DNA of 63,535 bases, counting the filler, from Octopus bimaculoides (Eukaryota), in assembly GCF_001194135.2 (NCBI RefSeq). It is 9 parts of 9 records of this genome, joined end to end, with 100 filler letters (N's around TTAATTAATTAA, not from the genome) between each part and the next. Parts side by side here need not be neighbours in the genome. Positions count along the whole stretch, not along the records: positions 51,170 to 58,731 come from NC_068985.1; positions 58,832 to 61,862 come from NC_068992.1; positions 61,963 to 63,535 come from NW_026389994.1; 6 more parts are not named here. One strand, 5' to 3'. Below, one piece after another: positions 53,340 to 63,535 of this stretch (its first letter is position 1; every line of letters starts with the position of its first letter). A model generated the notes under the pieces. That model did not search any database, was not told the DNA's origin, and saw only the letters and a list, made by a program, of their open reading frames with translations. The translations under genes were made by a program, and so were the position numbers.

Positions 53340-53685
53340 CCACATTATGTTGGCAAATAGCTTTTATTTTAAAGAACTGTTACTGAATATCGCTCTTTGA
53401 GAGATTTAGAAATAATATTTCAATTTTCTTTCTGATCAGTGACTGTGTGTAACTTGGAAAACTATATGTTCGAACGGTGAATTCAGCAATGCCATTTGGC
53501 GAAAGCACCTACTCTGTGTTGATAAAAGGCAATAACCCAGAAACTAGTCAGATGTTGTTTTGCGCTAGATGGAGTACTGAACACACTGTTCGAAAATATA
53601 AGGACACAGTGTGTCGTATAGCTTGCTAGAAACGATGTTTCTTGGGGCTGAAACAAAGTAACATCGTCCCTTTCAAGACGTCCTC

Positions 53686-54291
53686 CTTAAACCTATTCTC
53701 CAACATATACCGAGCTTTATACGGGATGATCTGGACTTTTTAAACCATCTCCCGAACAAAACCTGCAAGGACTCCCTCCTGGTTTCATTCGATGTAATAA
53801 ACCTCTAAACCTCGATTCCTTACGAATACGGAATAATAGCCAAACAATACTGGCTGGAAAAATTCCCAAATAACATTCTTGACCGAATTGGAAAAGAATT
53901 CATCGTTGAAGGAATAAAATTCATCCTATAGAACAACTTCAATTTCAACGAAAACACTTATAGACAAAAATCGGGCACGGCGACGGGAACGAGGGTAGCC
54001 CCTACTTTTGCCAACCTTGTCATGGCATACTTGGAAGTCCAAATATACGAACACGCTAGATTGAAATTTGGAGACAACTTCCAAAAATACTCACTCACCA
54101 ACTGGTGACGCTACCTGAATGACTGTTTCATCCTGTGGCCACATAACCTTGAACAACTCCCAAAATTTAAAAACTTAATCAACTGTATTAACCACAGTAT
54201 CCACTTTACAATGGGATACAGTCACAAACAACTACCTTTCCTGGACATCTTAATCGTAAAGAGGGATACTGAAATTGAAACCGACATCTTG
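53686..54291 (+). mobile_element. Penelope-like element RT fragment (pseudogenised) in a gelsolin intron
   Basis: A single frame with three stops: LLVSFDVINL*TSIP...YRQKSGTATGTRVAPTFANLVMAYLE...W*RYLNDCFILW...IHFTM...LPFLDILI. Confidence 0.92.
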
Positions 54292-54916
54292 TTTTTCTAA
54301 TTCATAATTTTAAACTTTTACCATTCATAAACAAAAAAATATTGTTGAAACTAGCTTTGGTATATATGTAAAGAAATGTGATTTAAACATTTACGAGTTT
54401 TTGAAATTTAGGTGCATTTTCAACAACACATTTCCCTATATTTTTCCTGCGTGGAAACACCCCCTCTTTTGCTATATATATATAGTCACATTAAATGTAT
54501 TCAATATATCAAATATAAAAGTTTGGGTATGAAATACAAAATATGAATATATTTATACATGCAAAATGAGAGAAAACAAAAAGTGGAGACTTTCAGATGA
54601 TGAATTTTTTTTAGGTATAAATAAATCGATATTTATATTAATAGGTCCAACATAGACAGAGTACAAACGACAAAATTAAAGGGGTGGAAGAAAGGTGCTT
54701 TATATATGTGTGTGTGTTTGTTTGTGTGTGTGTGTGTGTGTACGTGTGTACGCGCGCGCGTCTGTTTCTGTATACGCGTGTATGTCTGTGTTTGTTCCAC
54801 TCCACTGGTTTACGACTGGTGTTGGTTTTTCACGTTCTCGTAAAATAGCAAAAGAGTCTGATACAATAAGTACCAAATCTAAAAAAAATGTACTAGGTTG
54901 ATTTGTTTGCCTAAAC

Positions 54917-55560
54917 CAGTGGTTCCCAAACCTTTTCGGTCTGCTGCCCTCTTGAATCTCGGGTTACATTCTTAGCACACCTCTACGCACCACGACACTA
55001 CGTGACCATAAATATAGATATGTCTCTACTGCAAATTCAAAACAACAGTATTTCATACATAAGTTTACTCAGTTAATCTATATCTTGCTGTTTTTTTACA
55101 ATATGAAAGAAGAAATATACATCTCCCTTGTAAATGCATTGTTTTCATTTTTTTTACTCCGATGAATGTACTTTGTGCAGGGATATCAGCTTCCCAACAT
55201 CACGTTGAACGACACTAAGAAGTAGTCTTAGATCTCATCGTTCATTAATTTTCAACCTGGTTTTACTTTGCTTAGAAAGAAGCTAGGCAACTGGACTGAA
55301 GACTCATTCTACTGAATATGACGTTGGGAAGGCAAAAAGTATATCTTGACTGTGTTTCACTATTCTGGGTATCAGTCAGAAACGCCCTTTAACAATCAAA
55401 AATCCTGATACAACTTTTTTAAACTTTGGCCTCAGTTCAATATGATTTTAAAATGAAATCAGTTCTGCCTCCACTATTTCTGTTTTCTCATTACTGCTAT
55501 CTAGGAATCACCCAGACTGTTATTTAAGTGAAAATAAGTACTCTGAAGTCTGCCACTCTT
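54917..55560 (-). mobile_element. hAT (Buster/Charlie-like) 3' fragment
   Basis: CAGTGGTTCCCAAACC terminus at 54917. Minus-strand FPTSYSVE*VFS...DLRLLLS...KLISLHKVHSS matches a Buster-type transposase C-terminus. Confidence 0.7.
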
Positions 55561-55776
55561 GTCTCTGATTAATGTAAAATTGTTTTTATTATAAGTGAAC
55601 ATAAAAGCAGACATTATGCATTTTCTGTTCGTGTTTGTATATGAACTATACATGTATACAGTGTGAACATGTAATATGTGTCCGCGGATTGACAGGTAAT
55701 TGATTCTTCTTGTTGTGTTTTATTTTCTTTATAAATACACAGCTAAAATTTTATATTAATCTGCTTTTAAATCCAG

Positions 55777-55887
55777 GTAAAATGTGACGTTAGTTCTTTG
55801 AACGAAGGGGATGTATTTATCTTGGACTGCGGAGAGAAAATCTACATTTGGACTGGACCAAAGAGCCGAGGAACAGAACGCTTAAAG
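55777..55887 (+). CDS. Gelsolin-family protein, internal exon (repeat G2 core)
   Basis: ATCCAG acceptor and AAG|GTAG donor. Translates as [37 protein letters not shown], the canonical SLN.GDVFILD.G..IY.W.G motif. Confidence 0.95.
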
Positions 55888-56329
55888 GTAGCTGGAAGTA
55901 TTATTTAGTAATATTACATTTATAGGGAGCAAGGAGTGTGGATTAGTAGAAACGATTGAGAATCTGACCAAATACCACACATCACTGTACGTTTGAAGTT
56001 CGAATCTGACTGTGGTTGACTTTTTTTTTCAGCATTCTGAGAGTCGATAATATAGCTAGTCGAGTGCTGATGGCGAATGATATGTGACACACGCACACAC
56101 ATATTCGTTTTTATACATACAGAGACAAAAATTATATATGATATATATATGTGTGTATGTGTGTGTGTGTGTGTATTTATGTGCATGTGTATGTATGTAT
56201 GTATTATTGAGAACCTGAACAGTAATATCTCTTGAAGTATTTCCAATCCGTCTTTCAACACAGAATCTTTGATAAGGCAGTCCCTGTCACCAATACTACT
56301 GTACTATCTTCGATTAAAAAAAATATCAT

Positions 56330-56640
56330 CTCATAGAACTCTCTGCCTTTACCTCCAAAATATAAAAGGGAAAGGCCAAAATTAATAAAGCCAAATCTCT
56401 ATAAAACCAAATATCGACGTGGCAAGTAGACTATACATAGTCATGGCTGACGACAAATTCAAAGATAGATTCTACAATACGTTCTTTTCGGGATATATAA
56501 GAAAGAAAGATGAAAAAAAAAATATTACAAAAAAAGCTTCCAACAATAACATTAAATGAAAACTTATTGAAAGGTTTAAAACCTATAAAGGTGGAAATAA
56601 TAAAAAAAAGAATGAAATGCACTTGAGCATCTGGTGAATG
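56330..56640 (+). mobile_element. Decayed GIY-YIG fragment of another PLE lineage
   Basis: LYIVMADDKFKDRFYN followed by frameshifted NNIK*KLIERFKTYKGG..C-like text. Resembles the YIG.T...FK.R..NH...KW.I...KPY.GG..C subtype. Confidence 0.55.
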
Positions 56641-57884
56641 AGTTTAGGTATATACAGACATTATGGGAGCCAACTGTTTCAAAACCGAGTCATACCGTTT
56701 TCACCTGGCTAACAACACAAATTCTTGCATATGAATTAACAAAAACTCGTTTTCTTTTCTCATCTTGTGCTGCTGTTCTTGGTATGTTTACTTCACTCCT
56801 TCTAACATTGCTTCACTCCTTCTAACATTGATGTATCGATCATTTTTAAGTTGACTCTTGTTCTGGTTTTCCTACCCTTGAAGTTTTGTTTTCATTTCTT
56901 TGTCGTTGACTTTTGGAACACAAATTCTCATTCCCTTAATTTAACTGCTTATTCACCGCTAGTTCTCTCAACCGAGAATCGTCACTGTCTATTGGAATAT
57001 GGTGAAAACCTTTCTTATGGATTAAATATCTTATCTACACGTATACATAATGTATATATAATTGTACATTTTCATATATCCGTGTGCATATAGATAAATT
57101 TGTAAGTCTCCCTAGTAGATATGGTACAACAAAACTCTTTGTAGGTTATGCATTTCAAAGACAATAATTGTCTTTATAATTTTGTTAATTTCATTGACTT
57201 ACAACCAGAGCATAATTCCTGATCCAAATTTTATCGACACGATGGGTTGAAAGATAGCGTTGAAAAAAAAAATAATATTTGAATTCACTACTTCAAAGAA
57301 TGATAGAAAATTTTAGAAATCACGAAGTCCTGTGCTTTTAACGCACTTCTGCTAAGTTGACACCCTCGTTTCTTTGGTTATAAGTTCTAACACTTCTACA
57401 ATGACACAAATGTTGAGAAAAAACGCGTAGTATAGTTAATTGATGTCAGGATATATTTGGTATTTATTTTCAAAGACCTCTGCTCCTTAAAATTTGCAAT
57501 TGCATATTCTACTCAAGCTCACTCAACATATATGTTTCTCCAACATATCTGTTTGTCACTCACACACTCATTAACTGCCATTCTTAATTATTACTTTCCA
57601 AAATATCAACCTTCAGAATTATCTTCTTACTTACATTTTCCCTGTAGATGTCAACTTTCAGATGTTCACTGATCATCAGCTATGTCTGTTTTACCTGTCT
57701 CGGAGCTCCTGTGAAGGTCATGTTCGCTGATCTGAGATACAAGTTAAACCTTCAAAACTAAAAACAAGAGAGCACAAAGTCACATTCAGCTCCATAAAGT
57801 GACCCAACATAAGCAAATGACAGTACAAGGAACTTTGTAGGGTGCTTTGCGAAAACTGCCATTTACTACTCTTTTAATAATCCT

Positions 57885-58050
57885 TTCTGCTGGAGGCACA
57901 AGGCCTCAAAGTTAATTACATTGACCCCAGTGTTTCACTGGTACTTAATTTATCAACCCCGAACGGATGAAAGGCAAAGTCGACCTAGTTGGAATTTGAA
58001 CTCAGAACATAGCAACGGGCAAAATACTGCTAAGCATTTCGTTCAGCGTG
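57885..58050 (-). mobile_element. SINE (same family as 22185-22415)
   Basis: CTGGTACTTAATTTATCAACCCCGAACGGATGAAAGGCAAAGTCGACC...ATTTGAACTCAGAAC is the reverse complement of the 22.2 kb copy. Confidence 0.85.
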
Positions 58051-58192
58051 CTTTTTTAGGTATGGTTGTTGCTAAATTTATAAGAGATAAAGAACGCTCT
58101 GAAATTTTGCATGGAATTTCCCTGTTGTTGATTGTCTGCTTGAAGGAATTCTTTTCTGACAGGGTCTCTAAACAATTCCCCTTGGTTTTTAG

Positions 58193-58259
58193 GGTATGGA
58201 TGTTGCCAAGCGTATAAGAGATGAAGAACGTTTCGGAAAGGCTACTATACGAATTGTAG
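58193..58259 (+). CDS. Gelsolin-family protein, internal exon (G2 long helix)
   Basis: TTTTTAG acceptor and G|GTAAGT donor. Translates as GMDVAKRIRDEERFGKATIRIV (compare gelsolin ATQVSKGIRDNERSGRARV). Phase 0 matches the previous exon. Confidence 0.93.
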
Positions 58260-59053
58260 GTAAGTTAAACGTTTGAACATAAAATTTTAGTGGATGAGTG
58301 GAAACTTATCAATGTGCCAGGTAGATCAAATAGCAAATCGATTAAGGCACAACATTCAGGAGATCAATAGCAACACAGTAATGATTAGTGTGAGAAGATC
58401 TGTTAAAATAAAAAAAAAAATAACGAAAAATATCAATAAATTGGGTACTGAATGTGTTGCAATGAAATTTAGTACAAATACATTACAATGCATATGTATG
58501 CAGACATGTGCGCGGGCACACACTCACACAGACACACACATACACACCCACACCCACACATGCAAACACATACACAAACACACTGATACATATACAAAAA
58601 AAACGCACACGCAGGTATCTATGTAAATATATATCTGTTTATGTGTGTGTGTGTGTGTGTACGTGCGCTATGTCTGTCTATGCATGCATGCATGCATGTA
58701 TGTATGTATGTATGTATGTATGTATATATATNNNNNNNNNNNNNNNNNNNNNNNNNNNNNNNNNNNNNNNNNNNNTTAATTAATTAANNNNNNNNNNNNN
58801 NNNNNNNNNNNNNNNNNNNNNNNNNNNNNNNTACTTTACTTTATATTATACTCATTTATTGTGCTTTTAATTATTAATTTTTCTATATGTGATAGTGGAT
58901 TTTCAATGATGAGTTCTTGAAACTTGGTTATTTTCCCTAAAACTATACATTTTATATATACTTTATCTATAAAGCTCAATTTAATTTTAATTTTTTATAA
59001 ATTGATTTTAATTGAGTTTTTACCTGTAATTTTGGATTTTGTCCCTAATATTA

Positions 59054-59084
<31 letters not shown>

Positions 59085-59124
59085 CATACATACATACATA
59101 CATACATACATACATACATACATG

Positions 59125-60115
59125 ATGGCCGTCCACTCATGACCAAGGAAGACCATTGCTGACCTTCTAGAACATTGTGCACTCTAGGACTAACTTATAT
59201 TTTGCATTTGTGGTTCCATTGGTGGTTAATGAACCCTGCTCTTGACAAGCATACATGATCTCAAACATTGCAAACCAATCTTTTCCCATTCACTATACCA
59301 GCAGTGTGCTTTCAAGCAGCACGCTTAAGTCCTTCATGCAGAACATGTGCTCTCTCAATGGTGTCAACTACTTCCTTAACCTGCTTCCTCTATCTATGGC
59401 AATGACAGGCATTGCTCTCCCAGTCAGTCTCTTGCATATCACAGGCCTTTAATGAAGACTTGGCACATTCCATAAATCGTAGCCTTGGTTTCTGCTGTGG
59501 TCTCTTTCCATTAACAAGTTCCCCATATAGGATCTGCTTAGGGATCCTGCTATCCTTCATTCTAATAAGGTGTCCAGTCCAATGTACCCTGTCCTTACTC
59601 AATATATCAGCTGTTCTCAGGACCTGTGTGTCTGGAGTTTTTAATGTCCAGTCAACATTCCAAATGTGTCTGAGACATCTCTGATGAAAGCATTCAAGGG
59701 CCCTTACATGACGTTTGTAAAGGGTCCATGTCTCAAGGAGCGATGTCAGTACACATGCACAGTATACAGCAATTTTTGTTTGCTTTGTGATGCCATGCTG
59801 GGACCAGACACGAGACTGAAGAGACCAGAATGAATTAGTTGCTCTCTGCAACCTGAAATATATTTCCTCATCCAGGGAGCAAGAATGGCTGAGTGTTCTG
59901 CCCAGGTAGACAAACTTTTCTACCACTTTCAGAATTGTTGCTTCAACCAAGATACCTAATTCCAAATATGGATTTCCTGGTGCAGGCTGAAACATTACAA
60001 CAGTTTTGTCCAAGTTAATGCTGAGTCCAAATGCCTTGCAAAAAGCAGAAATACGATTCATAAGTATTTGTATGTCATCCACTGTATGAGTGACTAAGTC
60101 ACAGTCACCTGCATC

Positions 60116-60125
<10 letters not shown>
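59125..60125 (-). mobile_element. RTE/BovB-like LINE, 3' RT fragment
   Basis: ORF 59390-60547 (real part): YADAGDCDLV...FGLSINLDKTVVMFQP...FVYLGRTLS...CLRHIWNVDW...HWTGHLIRMKDSRIPKQILYGEL..GKR. Confidence 0.93.
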
Positions 60126-60149
<24 letters not shown>

Positions 60150-60745
60150 NNNNNNNNNNNNNNNNNNNNNNNNNNNNNNNNNNNNNNNNNNNNNNNNNNN
60201 NNNNNNNNNNNNNNNNNNNNNNNNNNNNNNNNNNNNNNNNNNNNNNNNNNNNNNNNNNNNNNNNNNNNNNNNNNNNNNNNNNNNNNNNNNNNNNNNNNNN
60301 NNNNNNNNNNNNNNNNNNNNNNNNNNNNNNNNNNNNNNNNNNNNNNNNNNNNNNNNNNNNNNNNNNNNNNNNNNNNNNNNNNNNNNNNNNNNNNNNNNNN
60401 NNNNNNNNNNNNNNNNNNNNNNNNNNNNNNNNNNNNNNNNNNNNNNNNNNNNNNNNNNNNNNNNNNNNNNNNNNNNNNNNNNNNNNNNNNNNNNNNNNNN
60501 NNNNNNNNNNNNNNNNNNNNNNATGCACCATTTTGCATTATGTTCAACGTAGCTTCTGGAATGTAGTGAACTGCTGCAGCCTGTTGCTGTCATTTTAAAC
60601 CGGTTGTTTTCTTTTCCCAACAAACTCTCTTCTTTGGAGGCATAATCTATGTATATATTAAACAGAACAACAAAAGTTTTAATAGATGGCAGGGTCAGTA
60701 GTTTTCACATTTCTGTAATTTTTCAGATTAACACCCGCACGATTA

Positions 60746-60980
60746 CCCAACCCTAACCCGAAAACCCTAAACCTAACCCTAATCCTAACCCTAACACTAA
60801 CCCTAATACTAACCCTAACCCTAAACCCTAACCCTAAACCCTAACCCTAAAACCCTAACCCTAAAACCCTAACCCTAACCCTAAAACCATAACCATAACA
60901 CTAACCCTAATCCTAACCCTAACCATAACCCTAACACTAAACCCTAACCCTGACCCTAAAACCCTAACCCTAACACCCTA
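60746..60980 (+). repeat. Degenerate interstitial telomere-like (TAACCC)n array
   Basis: Roughly 35-40 units of TAACCC with TAAACCC, TAAAACCC, TAATCC, TAACAC and TAACCA variants. Confidence 0.95.
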
Positions 60981-61074
60981 GTGAAAATCGTGGTATATTT
61001 ACCAATCATTGATAAACATGAGTTATATTGTAGTGAATGCTTGTGTGTATGCGCGCGTGTTTGCATTTGAGAGA

Positions 61075-61235
61075 GCGAGAGAGAAGAGAGAGAGAGGAAG
61101 AGGGAGAGAGGAAGAGGAAGAGGAAGAGGGAGAGAGGAAGAGGGAGAGGGGAAGAGGGAGAGGGGAAGAGGGAGAGAGAGGGGGAGAAAGGAATAGAGAA
61201 CGGGAGCAATGAAGAGAGAGGAAGGGAGAACGGAA
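61075..61235 (+). repeat. Polypurine (GA/GGA)-rich tract
   Basis: Near-pure A/G run. Confidence 0.9.
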
Positions 61236-61962
61236 GACAGTTATAAAATAGCAATGCATGCGCATGTTTATATAAGAAACACACAAACTAAATCTTATAT
61301 CTATAATGTTGATGTGTGTATGTGTTTATGTGTATTTTTACGTTTCTATGTTATGAAAAATAGGTAAAAAATACTAAGAGGAAAGTTTAATCTATGACTT
61401 TGTATGTATCACTTTCTCTCTTTCTCTCTCTCTCTCTCACTCACTCACTCACTTTTACTCTTACTCTCTATATTATATGTCGAGTGCGTGATCGATGTGT
61501 AAGAACGCCGGTACAGGTAGAAGGGAAGAAATATAAAAGTTGCTAGAAACAACAGCCAAATCTCCCTTAAATCACACAAAGTAAGCGGAATTTTAAAAAT
61601 CTAAATACTGCCCTGGAAAGTTCACATCGAAAAAATTCCATTAATGTAAAAATTTTTACGAAAAAGTGGAAAATGTGGATTTCTATAAACTTTTAAAAAG
61701 GCTTCACACAGATACACAACTTTTGCATAACATTATTAAGTGTACATAAATTCCATCCGTCTAATTGGCTATACAAATGCTTGTGCAAAACAACTTTTGC
61801 ACTGCCCTGATTATACATAGCAGAGTAATTCCTTTTCGCAGGAGCTAAGACGGCAATTTCTGNNNNNNNNNNNNNNNNNNNNNNNNNNNNNNNNNNNNNN
61901 NNNNNNTTAATTAATTAANNNNNNNNNNNNNNNNNNNNNNNNNNNNNNNNNNNNNNNNNNNN

Positions 61963-63175
61963 CGAAGTAAAGATCAAATGAACGAACGAGCTAAATAACG
62001 AATTAACGAACTAACGAAGGAGCGAAAGAAATAACAAACAAACGAACGAATAAAATAACAAATGAACGAACGAAAGAAATAACAAACGTACGTTCATTCG
62101 TTATTTCGTTCGATCCATTGTTATTTTGTTCGTTCGTTTGTTTTTTATACGTATATATATATATAACGAAAGAAAGAACGAGCGAAATAGCGAACAAACG
62201 AACGAAATAACGAATGAACAAACGAAATAACGGACAAATGAACGAAAGAAATAACAAACGAACGTTCGTTCGATCGTTTGTTATTTCGTTCGTTCTTTAC
62301 TTCGTTTGATATATCGTTCGTTTGCTTGTTATACGTGTATGTATATATATATATATATATAACGAAAGAACCAACGAATGTCTGACCGAACTAAATATCG
62401 AACGAAATAACTAATGAACGAACGTACGAAATAACGAACGAACTAAATAACGAACGGACGAAATAACTAACGATCGACTAACGAACAAACGAAGTAAAGA
62501 TCAAATGATCGAACGTATGAAAGAACGAACTAAATAACGAAAGAACGGACAAATGAACGAACGAACTAACGAAAAAAACGAACGAAGGAGCGAAAGAAAT
62601 AACGAACGAACGTTCGTTCGATCGTTTGTTATTTCGTACGTTAGTTCGTTATTTCGTTCGATCGTTTGTTTGTTATACGTGTATATATATATACGTATAT
62701 ATATATAAATAACGAACGTACGAAAGAATGAACGAACGAAATAACGATCGAACTAACGAAGAAACGAAGTAAAGATCAGAGGAACGAACGAACTAAATAA
62801 CGGACCCAGGAACGAACGAAAAAAACGAATGAAATAACTAACGAACGAACGATATAATGAAGGAGCGAAAGAAATAACGAACAAACGAACGAATAAAATA
62901 AGGAATGAACGAACGAAAGAAATAGCAAACGAACGTTCGTTCGTTTGTTATACGTATATATATATATATATATATATATATAACGAAAGAACGAACGAAA
63001 GAACGAAGAAACGAACGAACAAACGAAGTAAAGATCAAATGAACGAACGAACTAACGAAGGAGCGAAAGAAATAACGAACGAACGAATAAAATAAATGAA
63101 CGAACGAAAGAAATAACGAACGTTCGTTCGTTATTTGGTTGGTTCGTTCGTTCATTTGTACGTTAGTTTGTTTGT

Positions 63176-63227
<52 letters not shown>

Positions 63228-63535
63228 ACGAATGACCGACCGAACGAAATAACAAACGAACGAACGAAATAACGAAGGACCGAACGAAATAGCTAACGAA
63301 CGAACAAACGAAGTAAAGATCAAAGGAACGAATGAAATATCGAACGTATGAAAGAACGAAATAACGAATGAACGAACGAACGAACGAAAAAAAAAATAAC
63401 GCACGAATGAAATAACGAACGAACTAACGAAGGAGCGAAAGAAATAACAAACTAACGTTCGTTCCTTCGTTATTTCGATCGTTTGTTATTGCGTTCGTTC
63501 GTTATTCCGTTTGTTTGTTATACGTGTATGTATAT
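61963..63535. repeat. Complex AACG/CGTT foldback satellite
   Basis: AACG-based arms alternate with their reverse complement. Orientation switches at AACGTT-type centres and (TA)n spacers. Continues to the window end. Confidence 0.95.

Noticed and set aside
61006-61286. Charged RE/EG-rich or SL-rich ORFs
   Set aside because: They are translations of a polypurine simple repeat.

Overview
AT-rich eukaryotic draft-assembly window with many N gaps, most of them flanked by (TA)n. The microsatellite spectrum and the SINE and Penelope families suggest an octopus genome; this is an inference from memory, not a search. Nearly all ORFs in the supplied track are microsatellite or gap artefacts. Reading splice sites by hand gives two intron-containing host genes on the + strand. 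One is a divergent CAP/SCP (GAPR-1/GLIPR2-like) gene, with exons at about 34.9-35.0, 35.5-35.6 and 38.0-38.2 kb and a candidate upstream exon at 32.4-32.6 kb. The other is a gelsolin-family gene, with four in-frame exons from 51.2 to 58.3 kb and incomplete at both ends. The rest is decayed mobile DNA: several Penelope-like element (PLE) lineages with hammerhead-ribozyme motifs, RTE and R4/Dong-like LINE fragments, Tc1/mariner and hAT relics, MITEs and tRNA-derived SINEs. The most unusual structures are a 1.6 kb AACG-based foldback satellite, a degenerate (TAACCC)n array with inverted flanks, a nearly intact minimal hammerhead, a TIR element with a 6-bp TSD nested in an RTE, and a decayed duplicate of a gelsolin exon. 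I found no convincing evidence for a new multi-gene biological system.
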